Shown here piece after piece: positions 35,026 to 49,519 of a stretch of DNA of 64,000 nucleotides; the first letter of the stretch is position 1; every line of letters begins with the position of its first letter. The position numbers and the translations under genes were made by a program. The stretch is taken from the NCBI RefSeq assembly GCF_963921235.1, contig NC_086097.1, positions 102,736,001 to 102,800,000 of the forward strand, given 5' to 3'. Source of the stretch: Mobula hypostoma (lineage: Eukaryota). The notes below the pieces were generated by a model. The model saw only the letters and a list, made by a program, of their open reading frames with translations. It did not search any database and had not been told where the DNA came from.

Positions 35026-37984
35026 TTTTTTTCTTTTTAAATCTTTTCATTAATTTTTCAAAATTATAAACTCAATAACAAAGTTGGTACAAAGAGATTG
35101 GAAAAATGTTCATCAGCATATATAAAATGAATTTTAAGTAACATAGAAATAAAAGACTTCCAAACTCATAATGAGATTAAACATTAACAAAGAAATAAAA
35201 AGAAAAAAATATATATAAACCAAAAAAAACCCAAAAGAAAAAGAGGAAAAAAAAACCAAAAAAAAAGGCAAAACAGGGCTAGACCAACAACTTGTATCGG
35301 ACATGATCCATAATGTCGCTAACTCTGCTCCTTTCATCATATAATTTTAGAAAAAAGATTCGGAAAGGTCAGATTACATCATATGAAAATGTTGCATAAA
35401 AGGTTTCCAGGTATCTTCAAATTTAACCGAAGGGTCAAAAATATCACTTCTAATTTTTTCTAAATTTAAACTTAATATGGTTTGAGAAAACCATTGGAAT
35501 GTAGTTGGAGGATTAATTTCCTTCCAATTCAACAAAATAAATCTTCTCGCCATTAAAGTAACAAAAGCTATCATTCAAGAGGCTGAAGAAGATAAAGATC
35601 TATGTTCTACCATTGGCAATCCAAAGATTGCCGTAATAGGATGAGGTTTTAAATCAAAGCATAGAACTGTTAAAATAGTATCAAAAATGTCTTTCCAATA
35701 TTTTTCCAAAAGAGGACAGGACCAAAACATATGAGTTAAAGAAGCCACTTCAGAGTGATGTCTATCACAGGTAGGGTTTATATGGGAATAAAAACGAGCT
35801 AGTTTATCTTTGGACATATGAGCTCTGTGTACTACTTTAAATTGTATTAAAGTATGTTTAGCACATATAGAAGAAGTACTAACTAATTGAAAAATGTTAT
35901 CCCATTTCTCTGTAGGTAGGGAAAGTTGAAGTTCCCTTTCCCATTCATTTTTAATTTTATCAGATATATCTGGCTGTAATTTCATAATTATATCATAAAT
36001 TATTGCTATTAATCCCTTCTGCAAAGGATTAAAACCTAAAATTTTATCCAAAATGCCAGAAGGATTTGAAATCGGAAAGGTCGGCAACATAGTATTTAAA
36101 AATTTTCTTATTTGTAAGTATCTAAAAAAAATGGGATCTAGGCAAATCAAATTTCTCAGATAACTGCTCAAAAGACATAAAGCAATAATCCAGAAGTAGA
36201 TCACAAAAACATATTATGCCTTTCATTTTCCATATCAAAAAGGCTTGGTCCATTACCGAGGGTTGGAAAAAGAAATTAGATATAATAGGGCTTGATAACA
36301 TAAATTCATTCAGGCCAAAAAATTTACGAAATTGAAACCATATTCGCAATGTATGTTTAACTATAGGGTTGAAAATTTGTTTATTCAATTTAGATAGTAC
36401 AAAAGGCAGTGAAGTTCCTAAAATGGAGGCTAAAGAAAACCCTTGTACAGAGTGGCCTTCAAGGTTTACCCAATGTGGGCTTGCAGTTATATTCCAATCT
36501 TGTGTCCAAAATATTAAGTATCAGATATTAATTGCCCAGTAGTAAAATCTTAGGACAGGCAATGCCAAACCACCCTCTTTCTTAGATTTCTCTAAGTATT
36601 TTTTACTTAATCTGGGATTTCTATTTTGCCATATGTAAGAGGAAATTTTAGAGTCAATAGTATCAAAAAAAGATTTAGGAATAAAAATCGGTATTGCTTG
36701 AAATAAATATAAAAATTTGGGTAAAATAATCATTTTAAAAGCATTAATACGGCCAATCAATGATAGAGACAAAGGGGACTGTTTAGTAAATCAGTTGTTT
36801 AACCTGATTAATTAATGGTAAAAGGTTGAAATTGAATAGATCCTTATGTCTCTTAATAATTTTAACTCCCAGATAAGTCAAATAATCAGTAATCAGTCTA
36901 AATGGAGAGTTTCTGTAAATGGGAACCTGCATATTTAATGGAAAGAGTTCACTCTTACTTAGGTTCAGTTTATAACCAGAACAGCTACTAAACTGAGCAA
37001 GCAAAGTTAATACTGCTGGAATAGATTTTCCTGGGTTAGAAATATATAATAGTAGGTCATCTGCATATAGTGATAATTTATGAGTCTCATTTCCACTGGT
37101 AACACCAAATATATTAGGAGAGTCACGAATGGCAATAGCTAGCGGTTCCAAAGCAATATCAAATAGTAGTGGACTAAGAGGGCAACCCTGCCTAGTACCA
37201 CGGAATAAATGAAAAAAAGGGGATCTTTGGTTGTTAGTAAATACCAAAGCTAAAGGGGTAAAATATATCAGTTTAATCCAGGAAATGAATATCGGACTAA
37301 AATTAAATTTCTCAAGGGTATTGAACAAATATATCCATTCAACTCTATCAAAAGGTTTTTCAGCATCCAATGAAATGACACATTCTGGAATTTTGGGTGA
37401 AGGCATATAAGTGATATTCATTAATCTCCTAATATTAAAAAAAGAGTAACGGTTTTTAATAAATCCAGTTTGATCAGCAGAAATAATTTGGGGTAATACA
37501 TTCTCCAATCTCGTTGCCAATATTTTAGAAAAAATCTTAGAATCGACATTCAGCAGAGATATAGGTCTATAAGATGCACTTTCAGTAGGATCCTTATCTT
37601 TTTTAAGAATTAGGGAAATAGAAGCTCGATAGAAAGATTGTGGTAATTTACCTATAGATACTGAATCTCTAAAAACACTACATAACCGAAGAGTTAGTGT
37701 AGTTGAGAAAAATTTTTAAAATTCTACTGTAAATCCATCTGGACCAGGTGCTTTACCTGAGTTCATTGAAAAAATAGCATTCTTTATTTCCTCTACTGTA
37801 ATAGGTACATCTAGTTTTGAACGTTCATTAGATAATTTTGGAATATTCAATTTCTTAAAAAATTCATGCATTATAGTGGAGTCATCAGGAAATTCTGATT
37901 GATAAAGGGAGATATAAAATTCTTGAAAGGATTTATTAATCTCGTCATGGTCAACTGTCAAAGTGCCATCTTGTTTACGAATTT
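35026..37984 (-). mobile_element. L1-clade LINE, 5'-truncated ORF2 (RT + C-terminal), A-rich tail, 17-bp TSD
   Basis: KAPGPDGF, RGTRQGCPLSPLLF, YADD, HMFWSCP; AGAATTGGCCTTCAGTC at 35009-35025 and 37985-38001. Confidence 0.95.
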
Positions 37985-38589
37985 AGAATTGGCCTTCAGT
38001 CAGTCTTTGTTTCTTATCTTTTCACCAACTCTCTTCCTTATGCCTCCTGCAGACACATCTTCATTACCTCCTTTCATCTTGCCTCATTCACTCTTTCTGG
38101 TCTCCACCCGATCACACACATTTCATTTCTCTCTCTCTCTCCTTCCCCTCTCTCTGCAGATTACTACTTGCTTTATTTTTAACTTTACCAGAGCTATTGA
38201 CTTGAAGTATTAAAACCTGCTTTTCTCACTCCACAGATGCTGCCTAATTACTATGTTTCTCGTGTTTCTGCTTTAATTCAGTAAGAAGGGTAATGAGACT
38301 AGAATTATCTGATCAGGCCTCCAAATAGTGCCAGCTAAAAATCATTAGTTTGCAAAGAAAAACATTTTGGTACATTTTTAAGATCAAAATGCATCTTCAC
38401 GTATTTTCTTTCTGTTATGAAGTCTCTCTTATCAGAAGCCTGGAGACCTGACTCCTTCAACCTGGGTCTTAAATTCCTAGCCATAAACCTTTAGCAACTG
38501 TAAATGTGTCTTTCCCAGGATATGCCTAAATTGACAGTTCCGTGACTAATCTAAAAATATGGGGCAGGATTAAACCAAACAAATCAATT

Positions 38590-41500
38590 AGCATCCTCCA
38601 GCTTGTGAGCAGCCAGAAGTCTTGGTACATATTGGTACCAATGACAGGTAGACAATGTGAGGAGGTCTTGAAGAGAGATGCCAGGGAGCTAGGTAGAAAG
38701 CTGAGAAACAGGACCTGCAGAGTAGTAATCTCTGGACTGCTGCCTGTGCCACGTGCTGGTGAGGGTAAGAACAGGATGATTTGGCAGATGAATGTGTGAC
38801 TGAGGAACTAATGCAGGGGACAGGGGTTCAGATTTATGGATCATTGGGGGCTCTTCTGGGAAGGTACGGCCTGTACAAAAGGAACAGGTTACATTTGAAC
38901 CCGAGGGGTCCAATATCCTTGCAGACAGGTTGACTAGAGTTGTTTGGGAGGGTTTAAGCTAACTTGTCAGGGGAATGAGAGCTAAGTGATTCTGCTGAGG
39001 ATGAGGTATTTGGTTTACAGACAAAAGCATTATGCAGTGAGACTCCTTGCAAGCAGAGGCTGACAATAGGGCAAAATTGCAGTCAACAGGATGAGTTGCA
39101 ATGTAAAAAGTGGACAAAATTGAAAAGGATGAATGTAAGACTGAAGGTGTTTTTTGGATATGTGCAGTATGCAGAATAACGTAGATGAATTTGTAGTACA
39201 GTTAAAGATTGGCATGTATGATGTAGGCATCACTGAATCAAGGCTGAAAGAAGATGGGAGCTTAATGTCCAAGAATACACATTGTATTGAAAGGACAGGT
39301 AGGTAAGCAGAGGGGGTGGCATTGCTCTGTTGGTAAAAATTAAATCAAATCATTAAAAGAGGTTACATAGGGTCAGAAGGTGTTGAATCATTGTGGATAG
39401 ACCTAAGGAACTGCAAGAGTAAAAGGCTTTGGTGGGAGTCATACCCCCAAACACTAGTAAGGATGTAGTCCACAAATTACAATGGGAGATAGAAAATGCA
39501 TGCTAAAAGGGCAATGTTACAATAGTTATGGGGATTTCAATATGCATATAGATTGGGAAAATCAGGTGGTCGATCCCAAGGGGGGAATTTCTAGAATGCC
39601 TATGAGATGGCTTTTCAGAGCAGCTTGTGGTTGAGCCTACAATCAGCTATTCTGGATTGGTTGTTGTGCAATGAATGGAATTGATTAGAGACCATTAGAA
39701 TGAGGCCATTCAGCCCATGAAGTCTTCTCCGCCATTCCATCATGGCTGATCCTGGGTCCGACTCAACCCCATACATCTGCCTTCTCACCGTATCCTTTGA
39801 TGCCCTGATCAATCAGGAAACTATCAACTTCCACCTTAAGTATACCCACAAACATGTCCTTCATCACAGTCTGTGGCAGAGCATTCCACAGATACACTAC
39901 TCTCTGGCAAAAAAAAATCTTCCTTACCTCTGTTCTAAAAGGTCACCCCTCAATTTTGAGGCTGTACCCTCTGGTTCTGGATACCCCACCACAGGAAACA
40001 TCATCTCCACATCTACCCTAACTAGTCCTTTCAACATTCGGTAGGTTTCAATGAGATCCCCACACATTCTTCTAAATTCCAGTGAGTACAGGCCCAAAGC
40101 TGCTAAACACTCCTCATTTGTTAACCCCTTCATTCCTGGAATTAGCCTCGTGAACCTCCTCTGGACTGTCTACTATGACGACACATCCTTTCTGAGCTAT
40201 GGGGCCCAAAACTGTTGACAGTACTCCAAGTGTGGCCTTAGTGTCTTATAAAGGCTTAGCATTGTCTCCTTTCTTTTATATTCCATTACCCTTGAAATAA
40301 ATGCCAACATTGCATTTGCCTTTACCACAGACTCAACCTGTAAATTAACCTTCCACAAGGACCTGTAAGTCCCTCTGCACCTCTGATGTCTGAACCTTTT
40401 CCTATTAGATAATAGTCCACACTATCGTTCCTTTTACCAAAATGCATTATCATACATTTCCCAACTCTGTATTCCATCTGCTACTTTTTTGCCCATTCTT
40501 CCAATTTGTCCAAGTCTGCTGCAATCGCATTGCTTCCTCAGCACTACCTACCCCTCTACCTATCTTCAAACTTTGCCAAAAAACCATCAATTCCATTATC
40601 CAAATCATTGACAGACAAAGTGAAAAGTGGTGTTCCTCAGGGACCACCACTAGTCAATGGCAGCCAACCAGAAAAGGCTCCTTTTATTCCTATTCGCTGC
40701 CTCCTGCCTGTCAGTCATTCCTCTATCCATGCCAGTGTCTTTCTGTAACATCATAGGATTTTATCTTGTTAAAGACCTTAAGATAAAAGAACCTTTGGGG
40801 GCAAGTGATCATAATATGATTGAATTCACCCTGAAATTTGAGAAAGAGAAGTTAAAGTCAGATGTAGCAGATTTACAATGGAGTAAAGGGAATTACAGAG
40901 GTAAGAGAGATGAGTTGGCCAGAATTGATTGGAAAAGAATGCTGGTAAGGATTACAGCAGAGTAGCAATGGCTGGAATTTCTGGAAGCAATTCGGAAGGC
41001 ACAGGATATATACATCCCAAAGAGGAAGAAGTATTCTGAAGGCAAAATGATGCAACTGTAGCTATCAGAAGTCAAAGCCAACATAAAAGCCAGAGTGCAT
41101 ATAATAGAGCAAAAATTAGTGGGAAGTAGAGGATTGGGAAGCTTTTAAAAATCAACTGCAGTCAACGAAAAAAATCATTAAGAAGGTAAAGATGGAATAC
41201 AAAAGTAAGCTAGCTTGTAATATTAAAGAGGATACCAAAAGTTTCTTTAAATGCATAGTGTAAAAGAGACGTGAGAGTGAATATTAGACTGCTAAAAAAC
41301 AATGCTGGAGAGGTAGTAATGGAGGACAAGGAAATGGTGAACAAACTGAATAAGTATTTTACAACAATCTCCACTGTAGAAGACACTAGCCGTATGGTGG
41401 AAGTTCTAGCTGTCAGGGGTCATGAAGTGTATGAATTACCATTTCTAGGGAGAAGATTCTTGGAAAACTGTAAGGTCTGAAGGTAGATAAGTCACCTGGA

Positions 41501-42950
41501 CTAGCTGGTGTACACCCCAGGATTCTGAAAGAGATGGCTGAGGAGATCGTGGAGGCATTAGTAATGATCTTTCAAGGATCACTAGATTCTGGAATGGTTC
41601 TGGAAAGAAGGGAGAGAGGCAGAAAAAAGGAAACTATAGGCCAGTTAGTCTGACCTCAGTGGTTGGAAAGATGTTGGAGTTGACTGTTAAGGATGTGGTT
41701 TTAGGGTACTTGGGGGCATGTGTCAAAATAGGCGGTTGTCAGCATGCTAAAGGGAAAATCTTGCCTCTCAAAACTTTTGGAATTCTTTGAAGAAATAACA
41801 AGCAGGATAGACAAAGAAGAATCGGTTGGTTTCCAGAAGGCTTTGACAAGGTGCCACACATGAGGCTGCTTAACAAGTAATGACCCCATGGTATTACAGG
41901 AAAGATTCTCGCATGCATAAAGCAGTGACTGATTGGCTGGAGATGAAGAGTGGGGTTAAAGGCAGCCTTTTCTGGTTGGTGCCGCTGACCAGTGGTGTTC
42001 CTCAGGGATCTGTGTTGGCACCGATTCTTTTTACGTTACATGTTAATGATTTGGATTGATGGCTTTGTTGTAAAGTTTGCAGACAATATGAAGTTAGGTG
42101 GAGGGGATGGTCAAGAGGTTACAGGAGGACTTTGATTAGTAGAATGGTTAAAGAAATGGCAGATGGAATACAATGTCGTGAAGTGTATGGTCATGTACTT
42201 GGGTATAAGAAATATTTTCTAACTGAAGAGAAAATACAAAAATCTGAACTACAAAGGGACTTGGGAATCCTTGTGCATGATTCCATAAAGGTTAATTTGC
42301 AAGTTGAGCCTGTGGTGAGGAAAGCAAATGCAATGTTAGTATTCATTTCAAGAGGGCTAGAATATAAAAGGAAGGGTGTAATGCTGACAAATTACAAAGC
42401 ACTGGTGAGGCCTCACTAGGAATATTGTGAGCAGGTTTGGGCCCCTTATCTTAGAAAGAATGCATTGAAACTGGACAGGGTAAAAGGAGATTCACGAAAA
42501 TGTTTCCAGGATTGAATGGCTTGTCATATGAAGATCGTTTGATGGCTCTAGGCCAGTATTCACTAGAACTCATTGAAACGTATCAAGTGGTGAAAGGCCT
42601 TTATAGAGTGAATGTAGAGAGGATGTTTCCTATGGTGAGAGAGTCTAAGATCAGAGGACACAGCCTCAGTATTGAGGGGGCATCCTTTTAGAATGGAGAT
42701 GAGGAGGAACTACAGCCAGAGAGTGGTGAATCTGTGGAATTCGTTGCCACAGGCAGCTATGGAGGCCAAGCTTTTACGTATATTAAGGCAGAAATTGATT
42801 GATTCTTGATTGGTCAGGGCATGAAGGGATACGGGGAGAAGGCAGGAGATTGGAGTTGAGGGGGAAACTGGATCAGCTATGATGAAATGGCAGAGCAGAG
42901 TCGATGGGCCAAATATCTTAATTCTGCTGCTATATCTTATGATCTTGTGT
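38590..42950 (+). mobile_element. Long decayed CR1 LINE (ORF1 end, EN, RT, 3' UTR) interrupted at 39694-40772
   Basis: VVISGLLPVPRA (ORF1), EPLGASDHNMIEF (EN), NYRPVSLTS and LVRPH (RT). Confidence 0.9.
39694..40772 (-). mobile_element. CR1 3' portion nested antisense in another CR1
   Basis: LGLYSLEFRRMCGDLIETY on minus; AGACC repeated at both junctions. Confidence 0.85.
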
Positions 42951-43886
42951 TCAGCTTATGCTCTACAGAAGTGAGTGTTTGGAAGACCAGAGGGTTGGAT
43001 TTTCTGGCTAACTTGCAATCCGTTCAAGATATGAACAGTTCATGAGAACGAAGTTCTGCCTTAATCTGGGGAGGACCTGTAGGAACAGAAATAGACCAAA
43101 CTAATCAATTGGGGACTAGAGTAGACCATTCAGCCCCTTGAGTATGCTTTACCATTTAACAAGCTTATGACTAATCTGATTTAACCTGAACTCACCTTTG
43201 CTTTACCACAATCGTTTCCTTAAAAAAAAATTAATGACTCTGCTCCCACTGACTTTGACAATGAGAATTCAAAAGGCTCACAACCCTCAGGAGTAAACGT
43301 TTTCCCATATGTCGGCTTTAAATGGCCGAATATTTTTTTAAACAGTGGCTCCTATAACAGCAAACATCCGGTCACATCTAACCTATCAAGATATTTTAGG
43401 ACCTTGCATCTTTCACTGAAATGAAATTGAATACAGGGGTAAAGGAGTCTTGCTACCATTGTGCGGGGCTTTGATGAGACTCAGAGATGCTTCTATACAG
43501 TCATGTCCACCTTTCCTTTTCTAATCATGTTACACTTCCAAACTTATATGACTTGTTGAATCATTATTTGGGCTTTTACAATCTGTTGTCCTGATAAAGT
43601 AAAATTTGAAAAGTGAACTTCATGTATATATGACAACAAACACAAGTAGTTACATTGGTTTGTATCAAATTAACATTATATTTAGTACACTAAAAATTTA
43701 TTGAGTCCTTTGATTACTGCACAACATTTTCTGGGTTAAAATAAATATGTTGTTGATAGACATAGTGGCTTGGGCTTTTAGATCTATTTAAATGAAAAAG
43801 CAACTTCCCATATTTCGGAGCATAAGCACCTGACTACACTTGTTAAAGCTAAATATTCTCTTGATTTTTTTTTTCTTTTCTTACAG

Positions 43887-43943
43887 ATGGTGTTTTGATT
43901 CTTCCGTGCAAAGCTTTCTCAAGGGGCAGAGAACATCAGTCCG
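43887..43943 (+). CDS. UBR1: UBR1 exon J (57 nt): RWCFDSSVQSFLKGQRTSV
   Basis: long pyrimidine tract + cag acceptor, gtcagt donor; RWC.D motif. Confidence 0.92.
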
Positions 43944-44369
43944 GTCAGTATGTCTTGAAACATAATTTGTGTTTTCTCTTTGACAAGGCATTCACAATCC
44001 ATAATTGGTTGAGAGTGTGAATGAGGGGTCTTGGAGGATTGTGCAGGTAGTTGTAAGGATGGGCAGGTGGGAGATCACTGAAGGAGTCTGAATACGAGGA
44101 GGAGTAACCCTTGTACATATAGAGTCATGAAGGATTGGATTTTTATAATATGTGATATCACAGTGAGAACAGTAAAGCATTGCAGCTCTTGCACCTAATA
44201 GCAAGTGACTGAGACTGCTTGCATTGACGTCATCTATCTGAACCCAGTTCTGGTTTGATAACAATGAGCAGTCCTTTACTCGAACTAAAGGAAGCCAGTG
44301 GGAGATGGAAAGGTTTTTGCTGTTAGCTAGTTAATGCATGCTTTAGCAACTCTTTTGAGTGTGATTTAA

Positions 44370-45715
44370 CTGTGCTTTACAAGAGAAGTTGGGATCATAC
44401 TGGGTCCAAAGGGGAGAAAGATAAAATGGTTAGTCAAAATAGCAAACCAGAGGATTTGGAGCTGTTTAGAATTCAGCAAAGATGACAAAGAATTGATTAA
44501 GAAGGGGAAAGTACTGTATAAAAGTAAGTCTGCATAGAACATAAAAGCTGACTGAAAGCTGTAGAAATGTTTGAACCAAAGGATTAGTGGAAAAAACAAC
44601 AAGTTTCATAATGAGTTAGAGGCTGGAGAGGATTTCAAATGGGCCATCAATGGTTTTTCACTTAATCATGCCTTTTGAGTTTTATTATATTTAAAAGAAT
44701 GAGTGTTGGAATTCAAAGAATTCTACAAAATGTCAAACATGACTGAACATGAGATGCAGGAAAGATGTTCCCAATGGCCAGATGGGCCAGGGTAAAGGAT
44801 AAGGGGCAAGCCATCCCTCTGTGATCCCTACAGAATTCACCACCATAGAAATCAGTTGAGGTTAAATCATTAAATATATTCAAAGATATGTTAAATGTTG
44901 TTCTTTGTGAGAAAGCAGGTATAGGGACTGAATTTGGATGATCACCCATGATCATATTGAATGGTGGAACAGGCTCAAAGGGTTGTATCACCCAGTTGTA
45001 TTTTGTTCTCTAATAACAACCCAGTGAGTTTTCTTAAATCATTTGAGGCAGGGAAGGTATGTTACTGCCAATGTGGATTTTCAGAAAGTCAATTAAATTT
45101 CAGCTCAGATTTCATCATCTGCTCGCCTGAAAGTGGCAATATCGGTAGATTGTGATGAAGAAGGCTTTAAAGTGTTCTTGCTTTCATTGACCAAGCCATG
45201 GTGATAGATGTCCAAATTATTGGTTAAAGGGCACTTGAAGTATTGTGCATAGCTCAGGTTACCACACTGTAGGAAGGATGTGAGTAAGCTGGAGCAAGTG
45301 CAGAAATAATTCACAGCAATGTTCTAAGAGAGGTTGTATAAGCTGGGAGTGGAGGCAACTAAAGTTTCTTAAAGTATGTGGAGCATAGATCAGGTAGATG
45401 ACCTTTTGCCCCCATGGTAGGGGAACCTAAAACTACGTTTAAGGTGCAAGGGTAAAGATTTAAAGGAAATCCGAGGGGCACATTTTTCCCACACACAGGG
45501 TAGTGGGAATATGGAATGACCTACTCGAGGAGGTGGTGGAGGAGGATGCAGTTACAACGTTTAAAAGACATTTGGGCAGGTACTTGCATAGAGAAGGTGT
45601 AGAGAGGGTTCCGGGCCAAACACAGGCAAACAGGATTAGCATAAATAGCCATCTTGCACAGCGTGGACAAGTTGAGCTGAAATGCCTGTTTCTGTCTTGT
45701 ATAGCTCTATGGATC
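44370..45715 (+). mobile_element. Cluster of highly degenerate CR1 fragments
   Basis: Patchy similarity to CR1 ORF2 and 3' UTR (GIWNDLLEEVVE, FKRHL.RY). Confidence 0.65.
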
Positions 45716-46055
45716 TCAGTGAATCTCTACAGGATCCTAAGCAATGATTAGCACATCTGATACTGTATCTCTATCCAGCCAGAGCATACACACATTGTAC
45801 AGCAGTGTTACAGGCCCTTTGCCTGTGATGTTCTGCTAACCTTTTTAACTTATTCTGAGAACAATCTAATCCTTTCCTCCCTCGTAGCCCTCCATTTTTC
45901 TGTATTGGAGTTTGCAAGAACGAGTGGGAAATTAGCCTTTCTTTGGCGGATGAATTAAACACAGTATAGGACCCCTACTGAAGCTGTATATTGTACATTT
46001 AAAATTATATTCTTCAAACAATATCCTTTGATGCTTGACAAATTCTTTCTTAAAG

Positions 46056-46133
46056 ATATCCTAGGGAAAGAAATCAGTTAATACATCTCCCGGAGGATTA
46101 CAGTTCGCTTCTGAATCAGGGAAGTCAGCACAG
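46056..46133 (+). CDS. UBR1: UBR1 exon K (78 nt): RYPRERNQLIHLPEDYSSLLNQGSQH
   Basis: ttctttcttaaag acceptor, gtgagt donor; YPR..N.LI.LP.DYS.LLNQ motif. Confidence 0.94.
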
Positions 46134-46303
46134 GTGAGTTCATTCAGAAACATTTCTAATTTATCTTATTGTGTACTTTGATACTGGAACAGTGTGTCTG
46201 GGATGGAGTTCTTTATATGAATTTTTTGAATTGGCATTTCTACAGCTCGATTCTTGAGCTGATATTTGGGAACTACTAGATATGATGATTTCACAAGTGC
46301 TCA

Positions 46304-48384
46304 TAGTGCCTAAAAAAAAAAGTATTTGCCCCCCCCCCCAGAAGTTTTCATGTTTTATTGTTTTACGACATTGAATCACAGAGGATTTAATTTGGCTTTT
46401 TTGACACTGATCAACAGAAGAAAACAGACTTCCGTGTTAAAGTGAAAACATATTTCTACAAAATCTAAATTAATTACAAATATAAAACACAAAATAATTG
46501 ATTGCATTAGTATTCACCAAGTCAGTATTTAGTAGATGCACCTTTGGCAGTAATTACAGCCTTGAGTCTGTGTGGATAGGTCTGTATCAGCTTTGCACAT
46601 CTGGACACTACAATTTTTCTCCAGTCTTCTTTACAAAACTGCTCAAGCTCTGTCAGATCACAAGGGGATTGTGAGTGAACAGTCCTTTTCAAGCAACACA
46701 CACAAAAATTGCTGGTGAATGCAGCAGGCCAGGCAGCATCTATAGGAAGAGGTACAGATGATGTTTCGGGCCGAGATCCTTCGTCAGGACTAACTGAAAG
46801 AAGAGATAGTAAGAGATTTGAAAGTGGGAGGGGGAGGGAGACATCCAAAATGATAGGAGAAGACAGGAGGGGGAAGGGTTGGAGCTAAGAGCTGGAAAGT
46901 TGATTGGCAAAAGAGATGTGAGAGGATCATGGGATGGACGGGAGGCCTAGGGAGAAAGAAAGGGGGAGGAGGGAAACCCAGAGGATGGGCAAGGAGTATA
47001 GTGAGAAGGACAGAGGGAGAAAAAGAGAGAGAGAAAAATATATATATTAATAATGAATAATAAATAAATAATGGATGGGGTACGAAGGGGAGGTGGGGTA
47101 TTAACGGAAGTTAGAGAAGTCAATGTTCATGCCATCAGGTTGGAGGCTACCCAGGCTCCAGCCACAAATTCTCAATGGGATTGAGGTCTGAACTCTGTCC
47201 TGGCCACTCCAGGACATTAACCTTGTGTTTTTTAAAGCCATTCCTGCGTGTAGCTTTGGCTTTGTGCTTGGGGTCATTGTGTTGCTGGAAAACAAATCTC
47301 CCAAGTTGCAGTTCTCTTGCAGACTGCATCAGGATTTCCCTGTATTTTGCTTCATTCATTTTATCCTCTATCTTCATAAGCCTTGCAGGGACTGCTACAG
47401 TGAAGCACCCCCATAGTATGATGCAAACACCACCATGCTTCATGGTAGGGATGGTGTGTTTTTGATGATGTGCAGTGTTTGGGTCACACCAAACACACTG
47501 TTTAGTCTGATGGCCAAAAAGCTCAATTTTGGTTTCATCAGACCATAGAACCTTCTTCCAACCGACTTCAGAGTCTCCCACATGCTTTCCAGCCAAACGC
47601 TGATCAAGGTTTCATGTGAAGTTTTTTTTTCCCCAACAGTGGTTTTCTCTTTGCCCACTCTCCCATAAAACTGCGACTGGTGAAGCACTCGGGCAACAGC
47701 TGTTGTATGCGCAGTCTCTCCCATCTCAGCCACTGAAGCCTGTAACTCCTCCAGAGTTGTCATAGGTCTCTTGATGGCCTCCCTCACTAGTCCCTTGCAC
47801 AGTCACTCAGTTTTTGAGGGCAGCCTACTCTACACAGATTTACAGCTGTGCCATATTCTTTCTATTTCTTGTTGATTGGTTTAACTGTACTCCAAGGGAT
47901 AGTCAGTGACTTGGAAATTATCTTGTATGCATCTCCTGACTTGTTCTTTTCAATAACCTTCTTGTGGAGTTGCTTGGAGTGTTCTTTTGTCTTCATGGCG
48001 TAGTTTTTGCCAGGATACCGACTCACCAGCAGTTGGACCTTCCAGATACGGGTCTATTTTACTACAATCAATTGAAGTACCTTGACTGTACACAGGTGAT
48101 CTCCATTTAGCTAATTATGTGACTTTTAAAACCAATTGGCTACACCAGTGATGATTTGGTGTATTGTATTAAAGAAATTGAATACTTATGCAATCGATTA
48201 TTTGGTGTTTTATGTTTATAATTAATTTAGATCACTTTGTAGAGATCTGTTTTCACTTTGACACAAAAGTCTTTTTCTGTTGATCAGTGTCAAAAAAGCC
48301 AAATTGAATCCACTGTGATTCAATGTTATAAAACAATAAAACATGAAAACTTCCAAATAGAGTGAATGCTTTTTATAGGTACTC
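46304..48384 (-). mobile_element. Tc1-family transposon with ~200-bp IR/DR-type TIRs, defective transposase, interrupted by a Penelope-derived insertion
   Basis: 46304-46520 is the reverse complement of 48175-48384; WSDETKIELFG, FQQHNDPKH, SDLNPIENLW, KGASTKY. Confidence 0.93.
46694..47156 (-). mobile_element. Penelope-like element 3' fragment with hammerhead motif (~46756-46791)
   Basis: LGSLQPDGMNIDFSNFR then terminal repeat; AGTC CTGACGA AGGATCTCGGCCC GAAAC ATC on minus strand. Confidence 0.85.
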
Positions 48385-48589
48385 TATATTGTGCACTTCC
48401 TTTGGAATGTGCTGTAATATAAGTTGAGGGAGAGTAAAGCTACAGGTGTATGTACCTCTAGTTGCAAAGAACAATTTAACCCAAAACAACTTTCAATTCA
48501 AACCAAGCAGGACAACCTGGATGGAAATGGACCTGGATCACAATGTCCCCATTTTATTCCATTTTTTTGTGCTTCATGTTCAATTGTTC

Positions 48590-48960
48590 TATTTAATATC
48601 AGAATGTATACAGTATACAACCTGAAATTTTTGCTTTTCACAGACATCCGCGAAACAGAAGAAAACCGCAAAGAATGAATGACAGAAAAATGTTAGAACC
48701 CCAAAGCCCCCCCACCCCCTTCCATGCACAAGCAGCAGCAAAGCATCAACCCTTCCCCTCCCCTCACTTGTTCCAGCAAGAAGCAGCAGCGCCCACCAAT
48801 CCCCAAACAAGCAATAGCAAAACCTCCAAAGAGTCCATGATCCAGGTCTATCAGAAACTACAGTCAATGACTCAGCACTTCAGCATGCCATAGGCTCTCT
48901 CACTAACAAGGGACAGAGAGGTGTCAACCCTTCCACAGCCGCAAGCACTGTCTTAGTATT
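48590..48960 (-). mobile_element. Unclassified interspersed repeat (SINE-like)
   Basis: End matches the short + strand tail at ~26500-26560 (ttcaggatgtacattgtataca...acattaaa). Confidence 0.45.
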
Positions 48961-49519
48961 TTGATCTCTTGTGATGTTTCAGTTGACAACACTGGCAAGG
49001 AATTCGGTCCACAGGGGCTGCACCCTGAAGGTGCACGTCTTCCAGTCCACTCCTGGGTACATTGAAAACGGCCATTTGGCGAATTCCACAGGCAGGAATG
49101 CACCGCCATGAACAACTGCAGTTTGAGTGCAGCTGTAGATCATGGTCTGTGACAGTACTCCAGGCACCTTGAAAGCGAGAAAAGATGCATTAAAGAAAGC
49201 AATTGAAACATTGTTTCTCAAAAAAGTTCGAAGCTCAAAGTCGTCATCCTCTGGCGTGCTGCTGATCTATCTGTGTCCTCACATCAGAAGAGATCTATGT
49301 GCAGAAGCATCAAGTGCAAAAATTGGCTCCACCAATAGCATTAGACAAGATCTTGCCACCTTGGATGTCCAGTCCCTATAACCATCTGTCCCCCATTAGG
49401 TAGGCTTTAAGCATCTCCTCTTCTTTCCAGACAACCAACCTAACCAGTTCCACTCCACCACCTTCCTCCTCTGTCTGGTGGAACTGGTTCTCACCCTCAA
49501 TGGGTTCTCTTTTGGCTCT

